From: Candidatus Obscuribacterales bacterium
GTDB taxonomy: Bacteria; Cyanobacteriota; Vampirovibrionia; Obscuribacterales; Obscuribacteraceae
Direction: 5' to 3'
Length of the DNA stretch: 64,000 bases
Assembly: GCA_965228855.1 (NCBI GenBank)
Contig: CBDDIJ010000003.1
Span: 1,472,001 to 1,536,000, forward strand
The notes beneath the pieces were generated by a model that was not told the DNA's origin, did not search any database, and saw nothing but the letters and a program-made list of their open reading frames with translations. The position numbers and the translations under genes are program-made. Below, piece after piece: positions 11,201-23,200 of the stretch. Numbering within the stretch: the first letter of the stretch is position 1; every line of letters starts with the position of its first letter.

Positions 11201-14200
11201 ATGTTGCGACCAGGTAGTCAACACTCGTGTCGAGCGTGACAGCGCCTGTACCCCATGTGAGGATCAAGCTACCCGTCTCGATGACGCCTGCGGTCTGGGT
11301 CAGGGTTCCGGATGCTGTGAGTTCTGCGGACAACGAGGTGATGCCAGCGTTGAGGATGATATCGCCAGCTGCATTGTTGAGAACAAGCGGACCTGGAACT
11401 GTGAGCGGATTGACCACGATGAGGTCACCAGCGGTGGTGAGACCAGCGTTAACGGTCAATGCGTTGAGGTTGATGTTGAGGATATTGATTCCGCCAGCAT
11501 TGTTGATGGTCAGGTCCTGACCGGCAGCGTTGGCATTGAGGTTATTTGCTGCAGTGTCTAACTCGACTGCTCCGGTGACCCAGGTCAGATCGAGAGTATT
11601 TGCAGAAACGGTTCCCGTGTTCTGGGTGATTGTTCCACCAGCATTCAAGATGGCTGTGGCGACGGCGGATACATCACTACCGAGAATGATGTCGCCAGTA
11701 GCGTTGAGAGCGAGATTGCCGGTAAGCGCCGAGATTGCATTCGGGAATGATGCGCTCGTCGAGATGTTTCCACCAGCATTGATGGTCGCTGCGCCTACGA
11801 GCAGGTTAACGATGTCGATGCTGGTTGCTTCATTGATGGTGAGCGAGTTGGTTCCGCCATTGGCACTGAGTGAATTGACTTCGGTCGCGAGTGTGACGTT
11901 TCCTGTGCCCCAGAGGAGGTTCAGTTGGTCAGCGGTCACGACACCAGCGTTCTGGGTGATCGTTCCGGATGCATCGAACGAGGTATTACCTGTGGTGGTC
12001 GTGCTCGCATTGAGGACGACGTCGCCGTTCAAGTCAACGAGTGACAAAGCATCTAGATTGAGTGCGTTTTGGACGAAGATGTTGCCTGCCGAGACGATGC
12101 CTGCAGTCACGTTAAGCGTGCCGAGGTTTTGTCCGAGCAAGGTGATCTCATTATTTTCGTTGATAGTCAGGGTTTGACCAGCAGCGTTGGAGGTCAGTGA
12201 CGTTACTGCAGTATTCAAAGTCACAGGACCGTTCACGAAGGTAACGGATAATGCACCACCCGCGACGGAGTTCGCCACGCCTTGGGTGATGGTGTCGCCT
12301 GCATTCAAAGATACAGAAGTAAGACCAAGTACATTGCCGTTGAGGTTTATGTTGTTGGTCGCGTCGAAGGAGACGATTGCTCCGTTAACAGCGGCCGTCG
12401 TGTTGATGTCGTCGCCGGCATCGACTGAGACAGTATTCACCGCTGATGTCAATGCATTGATGTTGACGTCACCACTTGTGGTGGTCAAGGCAATGTCGTT
12501 TGCTGCCACAGCAGCATTGATGTCGATGTTATTTCCAGCATTGACGGTGAAGCTGTTCGTAGCGCCCGACGCTGCGTCGATGGTCACGTTACCGGTGTTA
12601 GCGGTGAGGGAAACCACAGGAGCGCCGATGGTGGCATTGACGTCGATGTTGTCACCAGCGACAGCGGTTAGGCTGGTAGTGCCGAGGACGCTCGCGTTGA
12701 AGTTGATGTCACCGGTTGCGTCAAAGGCGAGAACTGTTCCGGCTATCGGCGCGTTGACATTGATGTCATCTCCGGCAGTGACGGTGACGTTCGTCGTCGA
12801 AGTCGTGGGACCGTTGAGGTTTACGTCGCCGAGTGTGGAGGTAAACACAATGTTGTTGCCTGCTACCAGACCTGACGTGCTGAGATCGTTGTTGGCGAGG
12901 ATGTCGATGGTGCCACTAGCGGTAGCTCCGGAGACGTTCACCGTGTTGGGGTCTTGATAGAAGACAGAGCCAGCTGCGTTGAAGCTAATGCTAGCCGCGT
13001 CGAGTACCAGACGGTTGAATGTACCGGTACCGATGCTGCCACCTGTCGAGGTCAGGTTGATTTGCGGAGAAACCAACGCGGCGACGATGTTGGCATTGGT
13101 CATGGTCAGCGCTTGCGTCAGCGAGATGCTGTTGCCACCTGTGATGAGAGCGTTGATGAAGAGAGAGCCAGTACTTGCCGTCAAGACAACGTCCGCAGCG
13201 GTGATGGTTCCGGTGGTCGAGAGGTTCGAACCAGCGGTGACGCTGAAGGTGTTTAGTGCGTTTGATGTACCACCGCCGATGGTGATGTTGTTTGCATCGT
13301 TAACGAATACGTTGCCGTTAAATGCGTTAGCGGTGAGGTTGAGAGCATCGATGTTGAGCGGATTGACGCTCGTACCGATGTTGCCGTTGTCGGAGGTCAA
13401 GTTGATCTGATCCGAAACAACGTTAACCACTGCAGCATCAGTGATGTCGCCACCAGAACGGAGGCTTACGCTGGTCGTACCGTTGATCAAAGCACCGAGG
13501 GTCAGCGTTCCGGCGGTTGCTCTGAGGCTAACGTTGTTGGCAGAAACTATTCCATCATTAGTGATGTTCTGAGCAGCCACTAAGTCGAAGTTGTTGGCTG
13601 CGCTCGATGAACCAGCTCCGAGGTTAACGGAATCGGTATCCAAGATGTAGACCGAGCCGTTAGCTGCGTTGGCCGTCAGGTTGTCGGCGTCGAGTGTGAG
13701 TCTCGAGGTCGGGCTCGTACCGATATCACCATTGTCGGAGATCAAATTGATAGTTCCACCAGCACCAGTGGTGATGGTTGTGAAGTTGAGATTAGTCATT
13801 CCGTTGAAGGAACGGAGGGTTACAGAGGTCGTGCCGTTTACGTTAGCGCCGAGTCCGAGTGAACCGGTTTGAGCACGGAGAACGACGTTGTTACCGGTGA
13901 TAGAACCAGTTGAGGTTAAGTTGTTGGTTGCGAGCACATCGAAGATGCCGCCGGCAACACCACTAGTGATGTTGACCGAGTTGCTGTCAGTGACGAAAAC
14001 GTCATTCGCTGCTGTGACGCTAAGGTTAACGGCATCAACATTAAGTCTGTCGCCCACTGAACCGATGTTGTCACCGGAGATCAATGTGATTAATGGTGCG
14101 CTCAAACCACCAACGATTGTCGCATTGGTGATGTCATCGGCAGAATTTACGAGAACACTGGTCGTACCGGTCGCTTGTGCGTTGAGTTGAACGCCAGCAT

Positions 14201-17200
14201 TATCAGAGATGAGCTGTACGACACCGCCGTTAACTGCGGCATTAACAGTTACTGCTTGGTCGGCCGCGATCTGAAGTAATCCGGTCGAAGTAATCACGCC
14301 TCCAATTGTCGCGCTACCGACGTCGCTGGTGAGGATCACGTTAGCAGCAGTGATACTGCCGGAAGTCGTGAGGTTACCCACTGAAGCGACAACATCGAAT
14401 GTGCCGCCCGCAGATGAAGAACCAGCGCCGATGTTGACACCGCCCGAATTGTCTTCGACGAAGACACTGCCGGCTGCGTTAGCTGTCAGATTGGTCGCAT
14501 CAATGATGAGACGGCTACCTGCGTTTGTTCCGATGTTGCCATTGTCTGAGATGAGGTTGACTTGCGCTGCGGTCACATTAGCTGGTCCACCAAGGCTACC
14601 AGGTGCTATGTCGCCGGCAGCACGGAGAGTGGCGGAGGTCGTGCCGCTTACGGCTCCGTTGAGTGTGAGTACCCCGGTCGCTCCACCTGCACGAAGAACG
14701 ACGTCATTGGCAGATATCGAAGTGGCTCCATCGACAGTAAGATTGCCGTTGGCGTAAACATCGAAGGTCTGTCCGGCGAGGCTGAGACCAGTGATGTTAG
14801 CGATGGTGACGGCATTTGCATCTGCAATCCAGACGTTGCCGTTAGGCGCGGTCGCTTGCAGGAGGTTCGCATCGACAACGAAAGGCGACAATGCGCTGGT
14901 TCCGATGTCTCCGTTGTTGGAATTGAGGTTAATGCTGCCACCGTTCGAGACAGAAGCCCCGATTCCAGTTGTGAGGTCACCATCGGCCGACATTGCGATC
15001 GCAGCGGTCGCGGTAACGTTCGCGCTGATAGCAATTTGCCCGCCAGCACCATTAGCGGTGAAGGAAAGCAATCCATTCGCGGCGACCTGGTTGTTGATGA
15101 GGATATCGCTGCCAGCGCCGGTCGCGGCGAGGGTTAGCGATCCGGTGTTGAGCGTTCCACTATTGCTGATGTCGCCGTTTGCGGTGACGTCGAATGCTCC
15201 ACCCGAGGTGTTTGCGCCGCTGAAGTTGACGCCACCGGCTGTGTCATTGATGAACACTCCACCAGTAGCGTTTACCGTCAAATTGGTTGCGTTGAGGTCG
15301 AGCCTCGTAGCAGCGTTCACACCGACGTCGTTGTTGGTCACGAGGGTGATTTGCGGAGCGGTGAGACCGCCGCTGATGCTTGCATTAACGATGCTGTCAT
15401 TGGAAGTGATCGAGATGCTGGTCGTGCCGGTGGTGGCTCCACCGAGCGTCACGCCGCCAGCGGTTGCGATATAAGCGACATTATTGCCACTGACTGCTGC
15501 GTTTGTGGCTATGTCGTTAGCGGCAGTAAGAGTAGCATCACCAGTTGCAGTAACCGCAGCGTTCGTCGTGAGGTTGTTAGCAGCTGTGAGGTTCACGGTG
15601 GTGGCAGAGATCGCACCGGATGTGGTGAGGTCTGCAGCGCCAGTCGTCAGAACATCAAATGTGTTTAGAGCCGACGAAGTTCCTGCTCCTAAATTTACGG
15701 TTGATGCAGTAGTGAGGAATACGGAACCGGCAGCAGCGTTCGCAGTGACGTTTGCAACACCGAGACCGATGTCGAAACGGGAGGCTGTGCTAGCACCGAT
15801 GTTGCCGTTGTCGGAGATGAGGTTGAGAGTAGGTGTCGTGAAGGTGCCACCAACTTGTCCGTTGAGGAGCGACTGACCAGCGCGGAGCGTGACGCTCTGA
15901 CCGGCAGTGTTAGCGGTGATTGCCCCAGCAGTGTTGATCGAACCAGCGGTCGCTCTGAGAAGAACTGAACCAGTGGTCGATGTGATCGTGCTGCCAGCTG
16001 CAGTGCTCAAGTTGTTGGCTGCAGCGATATCGAAGTTTCCATTGCTGGCGTTGGTGGCGCCAACGATAGTCACGTCATTAGCATCAGTGATCCAAACGCT
16101 GCCGTTTGTAGCCACAGCATTGAGGTTGTTGGCATCAATGTTGAGTCTCGAAACAGAGCTAGAACCGATGCTGCCGTTGTCCACGTTGAGATTGAGTCTT
16201 GGAGTGGTGAGCGTTGCGCCACCGAGATTCGCGTTGGTGATCGAGTTGTTCGAACGCAGTGAGATCGAGGTGTTGCCGACGATCGTGCTGTTCAAGAAGA
16301 AGGAGCCGAAGGTGCGCAAGGAAACGTCTTGAGCTGTGATCGTCCCACTCGATGAGATATCGCCACTTGCGGTCAAATCGTAGGCAGCAACTACTACGGA
16401 CGAACCAGGTCCGATGTTCACGTTGTTCACATCATTAAGGTATGCGTCACCAGCGGTCGCGTTTACAACGAGGTTGTTGGCGTCAACTTGGAAGCGGCTT
16501 GCAGCGCTGGTTCCAACACTTGCAGCGTCCGAAGTGAGGTTGACGGTTCCACCGTTGACTTGACCAGCACCAGCAGTGGTGATGGCGCCATTACCGCGGA
16601 TGGTCGCTGTCGCAGTGCCGGTGACGAGGTCATTGAGCGTGACCGTGGACCCGGTTGAACGAAGAACGACGTCATTAGCAGTGACGGTTGCTCCAGCATT
16701 GTTGCTGACTGCACCGTTAGCCTGGAGGTCGAAGGTGTTTGCGGCACCCGAGTTTGCCGAGATGGCGACGCCACCTGCGGAGTCATTAATGAATGCAGAA
16801 CCAGCTTGTGCATTTGCAACCAAGTTAGTCGCATTTACATTGAGTCTCGAAGCCGAGCTGTTTCCGATGTTTCCGCCAGCGCTATACAACGCGACGTTAG
16901 TACCGACTAGTGAACCGCTACCGTTGATACTGCCATTCGCAGTCGCGGTGATTTGATTGGTTGCGGTTACGGCATTGTTCACCGCGATTGCATCAGCTGA
17001 ATTGAGGGTTACTTGATCTGCGGAGTTAATTGTTCCGTTGATGGTCAGGTCGCTTCCAGCCAAAGTGGTGGAAAGTTGAACTACGTCAGCAGTCAGGTTG
17101 CTCGTATTAGCAACAGTGAGATTGCCACCTACGCTTACATCGAGATCGCTGCCCGTTCCACTCATTGAAATTGAAAGTTGTCCTGCGCCGGTTCCGAGAG

Positions 17201-20200
17201 TGAGATCAGATGAACCGGTGCCGATTATCGAAACAGTTCCTCCAGCTCCACCTACTCCAGCGAGTGATTGAAGGGTGGCTGCTCCTCCGCCGGTGACGAG
17301 ATAACCTGCCGCGGTGAGACTGATGTCACCAGCCGCATTGCCTGCGCCGGCGCCGTTGACGGAGTATGTTCCTGATGCAAGGCTTATAGTGCCTTGATCT
17401 GCATTGAGGCTAAGTGATCCGCCCGCACCAGCAGTGGTGGTGATGGACAGTCCAGCAACGGTTCTGATGCCGGTTGAACCGAGGTTGGTTACGTTGATCG
17501 TGCCACCAGGTCCCGTGGTCCCACCGTTCGCCAATAAGCCTTGAGCGAAGTTTGAACCGGCGAGGACACCGATATCGAACACGTCGCTGCCACTGGCCGA
17601 GATATTGATTGAGCCAGCGTTCGTTGTAGCTGTACCGCTGACATTGACGATTCCGAGTCCTACGTTTGCAAGGCTGTTGACCTGCACTGCGCCACCACGG
17701 TTCGTCATGTTGCCGATTCTTATGTCAGCCGCGGTAAGTGCGCCGCCTTCGAACTGACCAGAGTACGACGCGTCGTTGGCAATTACTTGTCCAGATTGAG
17801 GAGTAGCTGATTGGATGATAGTCGAAGCTCCAGCTGCGCCATTTGTCGCAGTGGATTGTGTGATTGAGCCGATTTGAACGGCTTGACCGGAGACGGCACC
17901 TGCTACGACGAATACGTCGCCGCTGGCATTAGCGGCACTGCCGGTTGATACGATTCCCGAGGTTACAGGCAGAAGTACTTGACCGCCGCTGAAGCCATTC
18001 GAGAATGCTGAAAGTGTGATATCGCCACCGGTGCCATTTGCACCGTTGGCGGTAATGTTGCCGAAACCGGCTACGGCAGTTAAGAGGATAGAACCGCCAG
18101 TGACGGAGGCACCATTAATGGTGACGCTCGTTGCAGGAACTTCAGTAAAGTCGGCACCGGCAACCATGGTGATGTTGCCGCCATCAGTAACGCCATTGCC
18201 GTTGATGGTGATTCCACCAACTGTGTTCTGGATGTTTTGTCCTGCTACGACGGTAATGCCGTCATCAGCAACGAGGCTGCCGCCGAGGTTGACGTTGATT
18301 GCGGCGGTCATGACGATTGGGTCAGCTGTCAGCGTTCCGAGAACGTTGATGTTAGCTCCCGAGTACAAGAAGATGTCGCCAAGAGTGGTCGTCGTTCCGA
18401 TGTTTATGTCGTTGTCGGAAACGATGATTACGTCGTCACCTATATTGATGGTGCCGATGGTGGTTTGTCCGCCCGAGTTTACGTTGAGCATTCCGCCAGT
18501 AGTGGTGACTGTGGTGATCGTAGTGTCATTGCCGGAATCGATGTCGATGTTTCCGGTCGTGGTCGTGATCGTGGTGACCGTGGTGTTATTGCCCGATTGG
18601 ATGTCGACACCACCGGCAGTGGTCTGAAGATTGCTAGCACTTGTGTTGTTGCCAGCGACGATAACTAGCGTGCCAGTTGTGAGGTTCGCGTTCTGGAGCG
18701 TTACATCGCCTGTGGTTCCTTGTATAAGGATGTTGCCAGTCCCACCATCGATGTCGCCAGTCAATGTCGTGCTGTTGCCGGAGACAACTGAAACCTGGAA
18801 AGGACCAGGGTAAACAGGGCTACCAGCAGCATTGTTGATACCGGCGATTGTTGCGTTCGTTCCGGAATTAACTGCAATGGTACCGGTGTTGGCGAGAACT
18901 CCGAGGTTGCTTGTGGTTCCTGCATCTACATTAATGTTTCCTGCTCCTGCGGTGACAGTTCCGAGTTGAACGCTCGTAACGGCATCGACGTCGACTGAGC
19001 CGCCGCTTGTTTGGAGGTTAGCAATGGTTACTGTAGAACCACCGGCATTTGCGGTGATGCCGCCGCTCGTGGTTGTGATGTTTCCGGTCACATTGATGAA
19101 ACCAGCAGTACCCGTCAATGTTGCGCCGAGATCTGCGTTGATTGCACCTGGAACAACTATGTTAGTTCCAGCAAGAATATTGAGAGCACCAGTCGTCGTG
19201 GCAGCAGCGATGTTAGCCTGACCTGCAGTATCAATGTCGATACCGGCGGCGCCGGCTGTGAGATTTGAAGTCTGAACCGATGTTGTGGTCGCGCCACCAA
19301 CATCAATTAATCCAGCACTGTTGATAGTGCCGGTTGAAATTGCTCCGCTCGTGGAATTAATAACTACAGAGGAGGCTGGACCGCCGATGTTCAATGTAGT
19401 TACACCAGTGTTGCCATCGATGGTTACTGCACCAGTAGTGGTGACATCACCCAAGTTCACTGTGGTCGTAGCATCAACATCGACACTGCCGTCAGCTGCG
19501 TCGATTGTGCTTGCTACAACGCTGCCGCCGGTTGCCGTGAGCACTACCGAACCACCAGCGGTCGTAGTGACGGTTCCAACTGAAATTGAAGCCGCATCGG
19601 CATCTACGCTTAAACCAGCCAAGTTGCCTGTAGTGATTGATGTGGTGGCATCTAAATTAATTCCGCCGACCGATGTAATCGTGCCGCCGTTAACTTGACC
19701 GCCAGTTGCGTTCAGCAAGACCGAACTCGTCGGTCCCCCGATAGTTAAGTAAGAGATACTGGCGCCGTTTGCTGCGACTGAACCAGTGGTTGTAATCGCT
19801 CCGGTTACGCCGATTGCCGCACTACCATCAAGAGTTATTGCTCCAGCATTGGCAGAAAGCGCACCAGCTACCGTTATAGATGTAGTTCCGGCGTTACCAA
19901 GATCGATATCACCATTTGTGGTGATTCCTGCGGTGTTGATGGAACCGGCTGTATTGCCGATAGTCAGGCTGGCTGCGTTACCAGTGACTGCGCCAACCAA
20001 GGTTACGTTCGTGCCGGCGTCGATGGTGTATGCGCCGCCATTGAGTGCATTGATACTGGCGATTTGAACTGCAGTACCGGCGTCAATGTCGATATTTCCA
20101 CCGTTTGTTTGCAATGCACCTGTGGTGATTGTTGTGCCACCAGGAGCAGTGTTGAGATCTATTGTTCCGCCAACCGTTGTGACCGCTCCTACGTTGATGG

Positions 20201-23200
20201 AGGAATTTACGGAGTCGATAGCGACACCAGTATTGCCGGAAGTGGCACCGCTAACGGTGACAGCTTGACCAGCATCGATATCGACAGCACCAGTTGTTGT
20301 GATGCTGGTCGCTTGAACAGTTCCGGTTGTATCGAGGTCTACGAGACCGGCTCCGGAGTCGACTGCACCGACTGAGATGGACGTTGTTCCAGCTCCGCCT
20401 AAATCTACAAGACCGTTGGTAGTGATGTTACCGGCCTGAATTAGTCCATTTGTATTGTTTACTACCAGACTCGTGGCAGAACCAGTGATGTTGTTGGTCA
20501 CAGTAACGCTCGTGCCTGCGTCAAGAGTGACTGTGCCGCCTGCTGTTGCAGCAATACTATCAATCAATAGGGCTGTACCGGCATCAATGTTGATGTTTCC
20601 ACCTGCCGTTTGAAGTGCGCCGGTAGTGATCGTCGTACCAGTTCCGTTGCCGAGATCAATTAGACCACCGGTCGTTGTGATTGAACCGGTTTGAATTAAA
20701 CCTGAGGTGTTCGTGTAGGTGACGCTACCGCCAGCATTCGAACTGGTCGCTCCAGTGACGGTGACGCTGGTACCGTCTACGGTGATGGCGCCTGCTCCAG
20801 TCTTTGTGATTGCTGCGACCGTTGCAGTTCCGCCAGCATCTACATCGACAACGCCAGCGACTGTTGTGATGGTCCCGACGTTAACAGTTCCTGATGCGTC
20901 TACATCAATAGTTCCGTCTGCGTTGGTGAGGTCGCCGAGAGTCAGGTTACCCGAATTCGCTGAAATATCGATCTGAGCGGTACCAGTACCACCAGTGATG
21001 TTGCCCAAAGTGACGGCACCATTTGCGGTGGCGGTGAAATTCTGTCCGCCCAGTGTGTAGTTACCACCACCGAGAATGTCGGCGTTACTCGTGAGTACGA
21101 GGTCATAAGCGCCTGCTGTTGTTCCAGGCGTACCGGATAGGTCCTGAGATCCTGCGTTAGTGATAGTTCCTGAACCACCAACTCCAGATGTGCCGATATT
21201 TAGCGCTGTCGCGATGATGTCACCCAATTCGGTGGCATCTATGTTTAGAACTCCAGCGCCGCCGTTCAAACCGATAGTCGTTCCTGCGGTTCTAGTGGTG
21301 ATCGTCAATGCGTTGCTGCCAACGCTGAATGTGCCAACAGTTGTTGAATAGGCATCAGTTGTGATGCTTACGTTACCGACACCTGTTTTTGTGAAATTGC
21401 CGGTGCCCAGGTTGACTGTGAATGAACCACTGGTGAAGGCTGTTGCCGTGGTTGAGAAACCGCCGTTTCCTGTTGATGTATTTACATTGAATGAACCGCT
21501 ACCAGCATCGACAGATGAGGCTGTGAGTGATACATCGCCACCAGCGTCAACGGTCACGTTGCCACTCGCTGTGGTGAGGGTTCCAGCGCCAAGGTTGATA
21601 GTGACATCGTTTTGCGAGTCAACATCGACAGCGCCACCGGCAGTGCTGATGCTGCCTGCCGTGATATAGGCGTCTGCTGCGACATTGGCCGAGTTAACGG
21701 TCAATGCACCACCACCTGTGCTTATCGCACCGGTGCTGGCGATTCCGCTCGTTCCGTTATTACCGCTGACAGTCACTGAACCGTTGGTAGTTGTGACACT
21801 AGCGGCTGAAAGTGTAGCGGCCAATCCATTTGAATCAATATTGATCAGACCATTACCAGTCGAGAGTGCTCCAGTCAGGGTCACGGCGACTGTGCCGGTT
21901 TCACCGAGGATGGAGACGTCACCACCGGTTGTGGTGATTGCTGCGCCTGTGACGGTCGTGTTTACAGCATTTGCTCCACCGCCGATCAATATGTCACCGG
22001 TCGCGCTGGTGGTCGTCATGGAACCTACGCCCATTGTGACGGTGGTATTACTGGTGTTGGAAGTGATTGTTATTGCGCCTGTTCCGCTGTTAATGCCAGC
22101 AGCACCGTCTGTTGTAACGGCAACAGCTCCGGCGCCGATGATGTCCAGGTCTCCGTTAGCGGTATCTATGCTACCAGCAAAGACAGTGGTCGTTGATGTG
22201 GTGCTCTGGATAGTGAGAGCGCCAGTAGTGGTAGTGATTGCCCCAGCGCCGGCGTCGACATCGACGGCGCCATCGCCTGTGATGTTGAGAGCGCCACTGG
22301 TTGCAATGCTGTTTGCATTTACGTCAACAGTCGAACCGGTGCTCGTGATCGAGAGAGCGCCAGTGCTCGTGAGTCCTGCAGCGCTCGAGATCGCAATCGC
22401 ACCATCGGCTGAATGCGTTCCGTTGATCGTGAGACCACCGGTGCCGGCATCGATCGTTTCAGTGCCAGAAGTTGTGACAGCTCCGATTGCGGTGCTTCCA
22501 GCGGTGACGGGATTTACAAGAATATCGTATGAACCGGTCGCTGTTCCGTTTACCGCGTAGGTGACACCTGCACCGGCATCTGCATTCGTATTTCTGACTA
22601 GCACATTGCCGGAGGCCGCGCTACCCGTGGCAAGGACCGAGCCAAGCTGTATGTCGCCACCAGCGGAAACATTGATTGATCCGGCAGCGGCGGAGGTGTC
22701 ACCAGCGCTGCTGTTGATTGTGGAGCCGGTTGCGAGGGTGATGTCTCCTGCGACTCCGCCTACGGCGAAAGCAATCAGGTTAATTTCTCCACCAGCATTG
22801 CTACCAGTTCCGCTTGAACCGATAAGTAATGTCGGGGCACCGCCGGTGATGCTGCCGCCAGTGCCGGATGGACCGGTGACTAGGACGGAGCCCAGAGTAA
22901 TGGGAGTTCCTGGAGGCAGAGTGGTTGAAGTTCCACCAGTGGCACCAGAGGCATCTATCTGAGCACCCGCAACAAGGTTGATCTGCTGACCGACACCGCC
23001 ACCATCTTGTGCAGTGATTGATGTTACGGTGTTGTCAATGATGATGTCTCTTGACGCAATGATTGAAAGTGCTTCCGACGAAGTTATGTTGCCAGTGATC
23101 GTGATGTCACCATTTACGGCGTCGTTGTAGAAGGTCGGGTCGCCGGTCATGCAGATTTCGCCGAGCTTCAAATTCGCCGTAGACGCAGTGACGTGCGTTC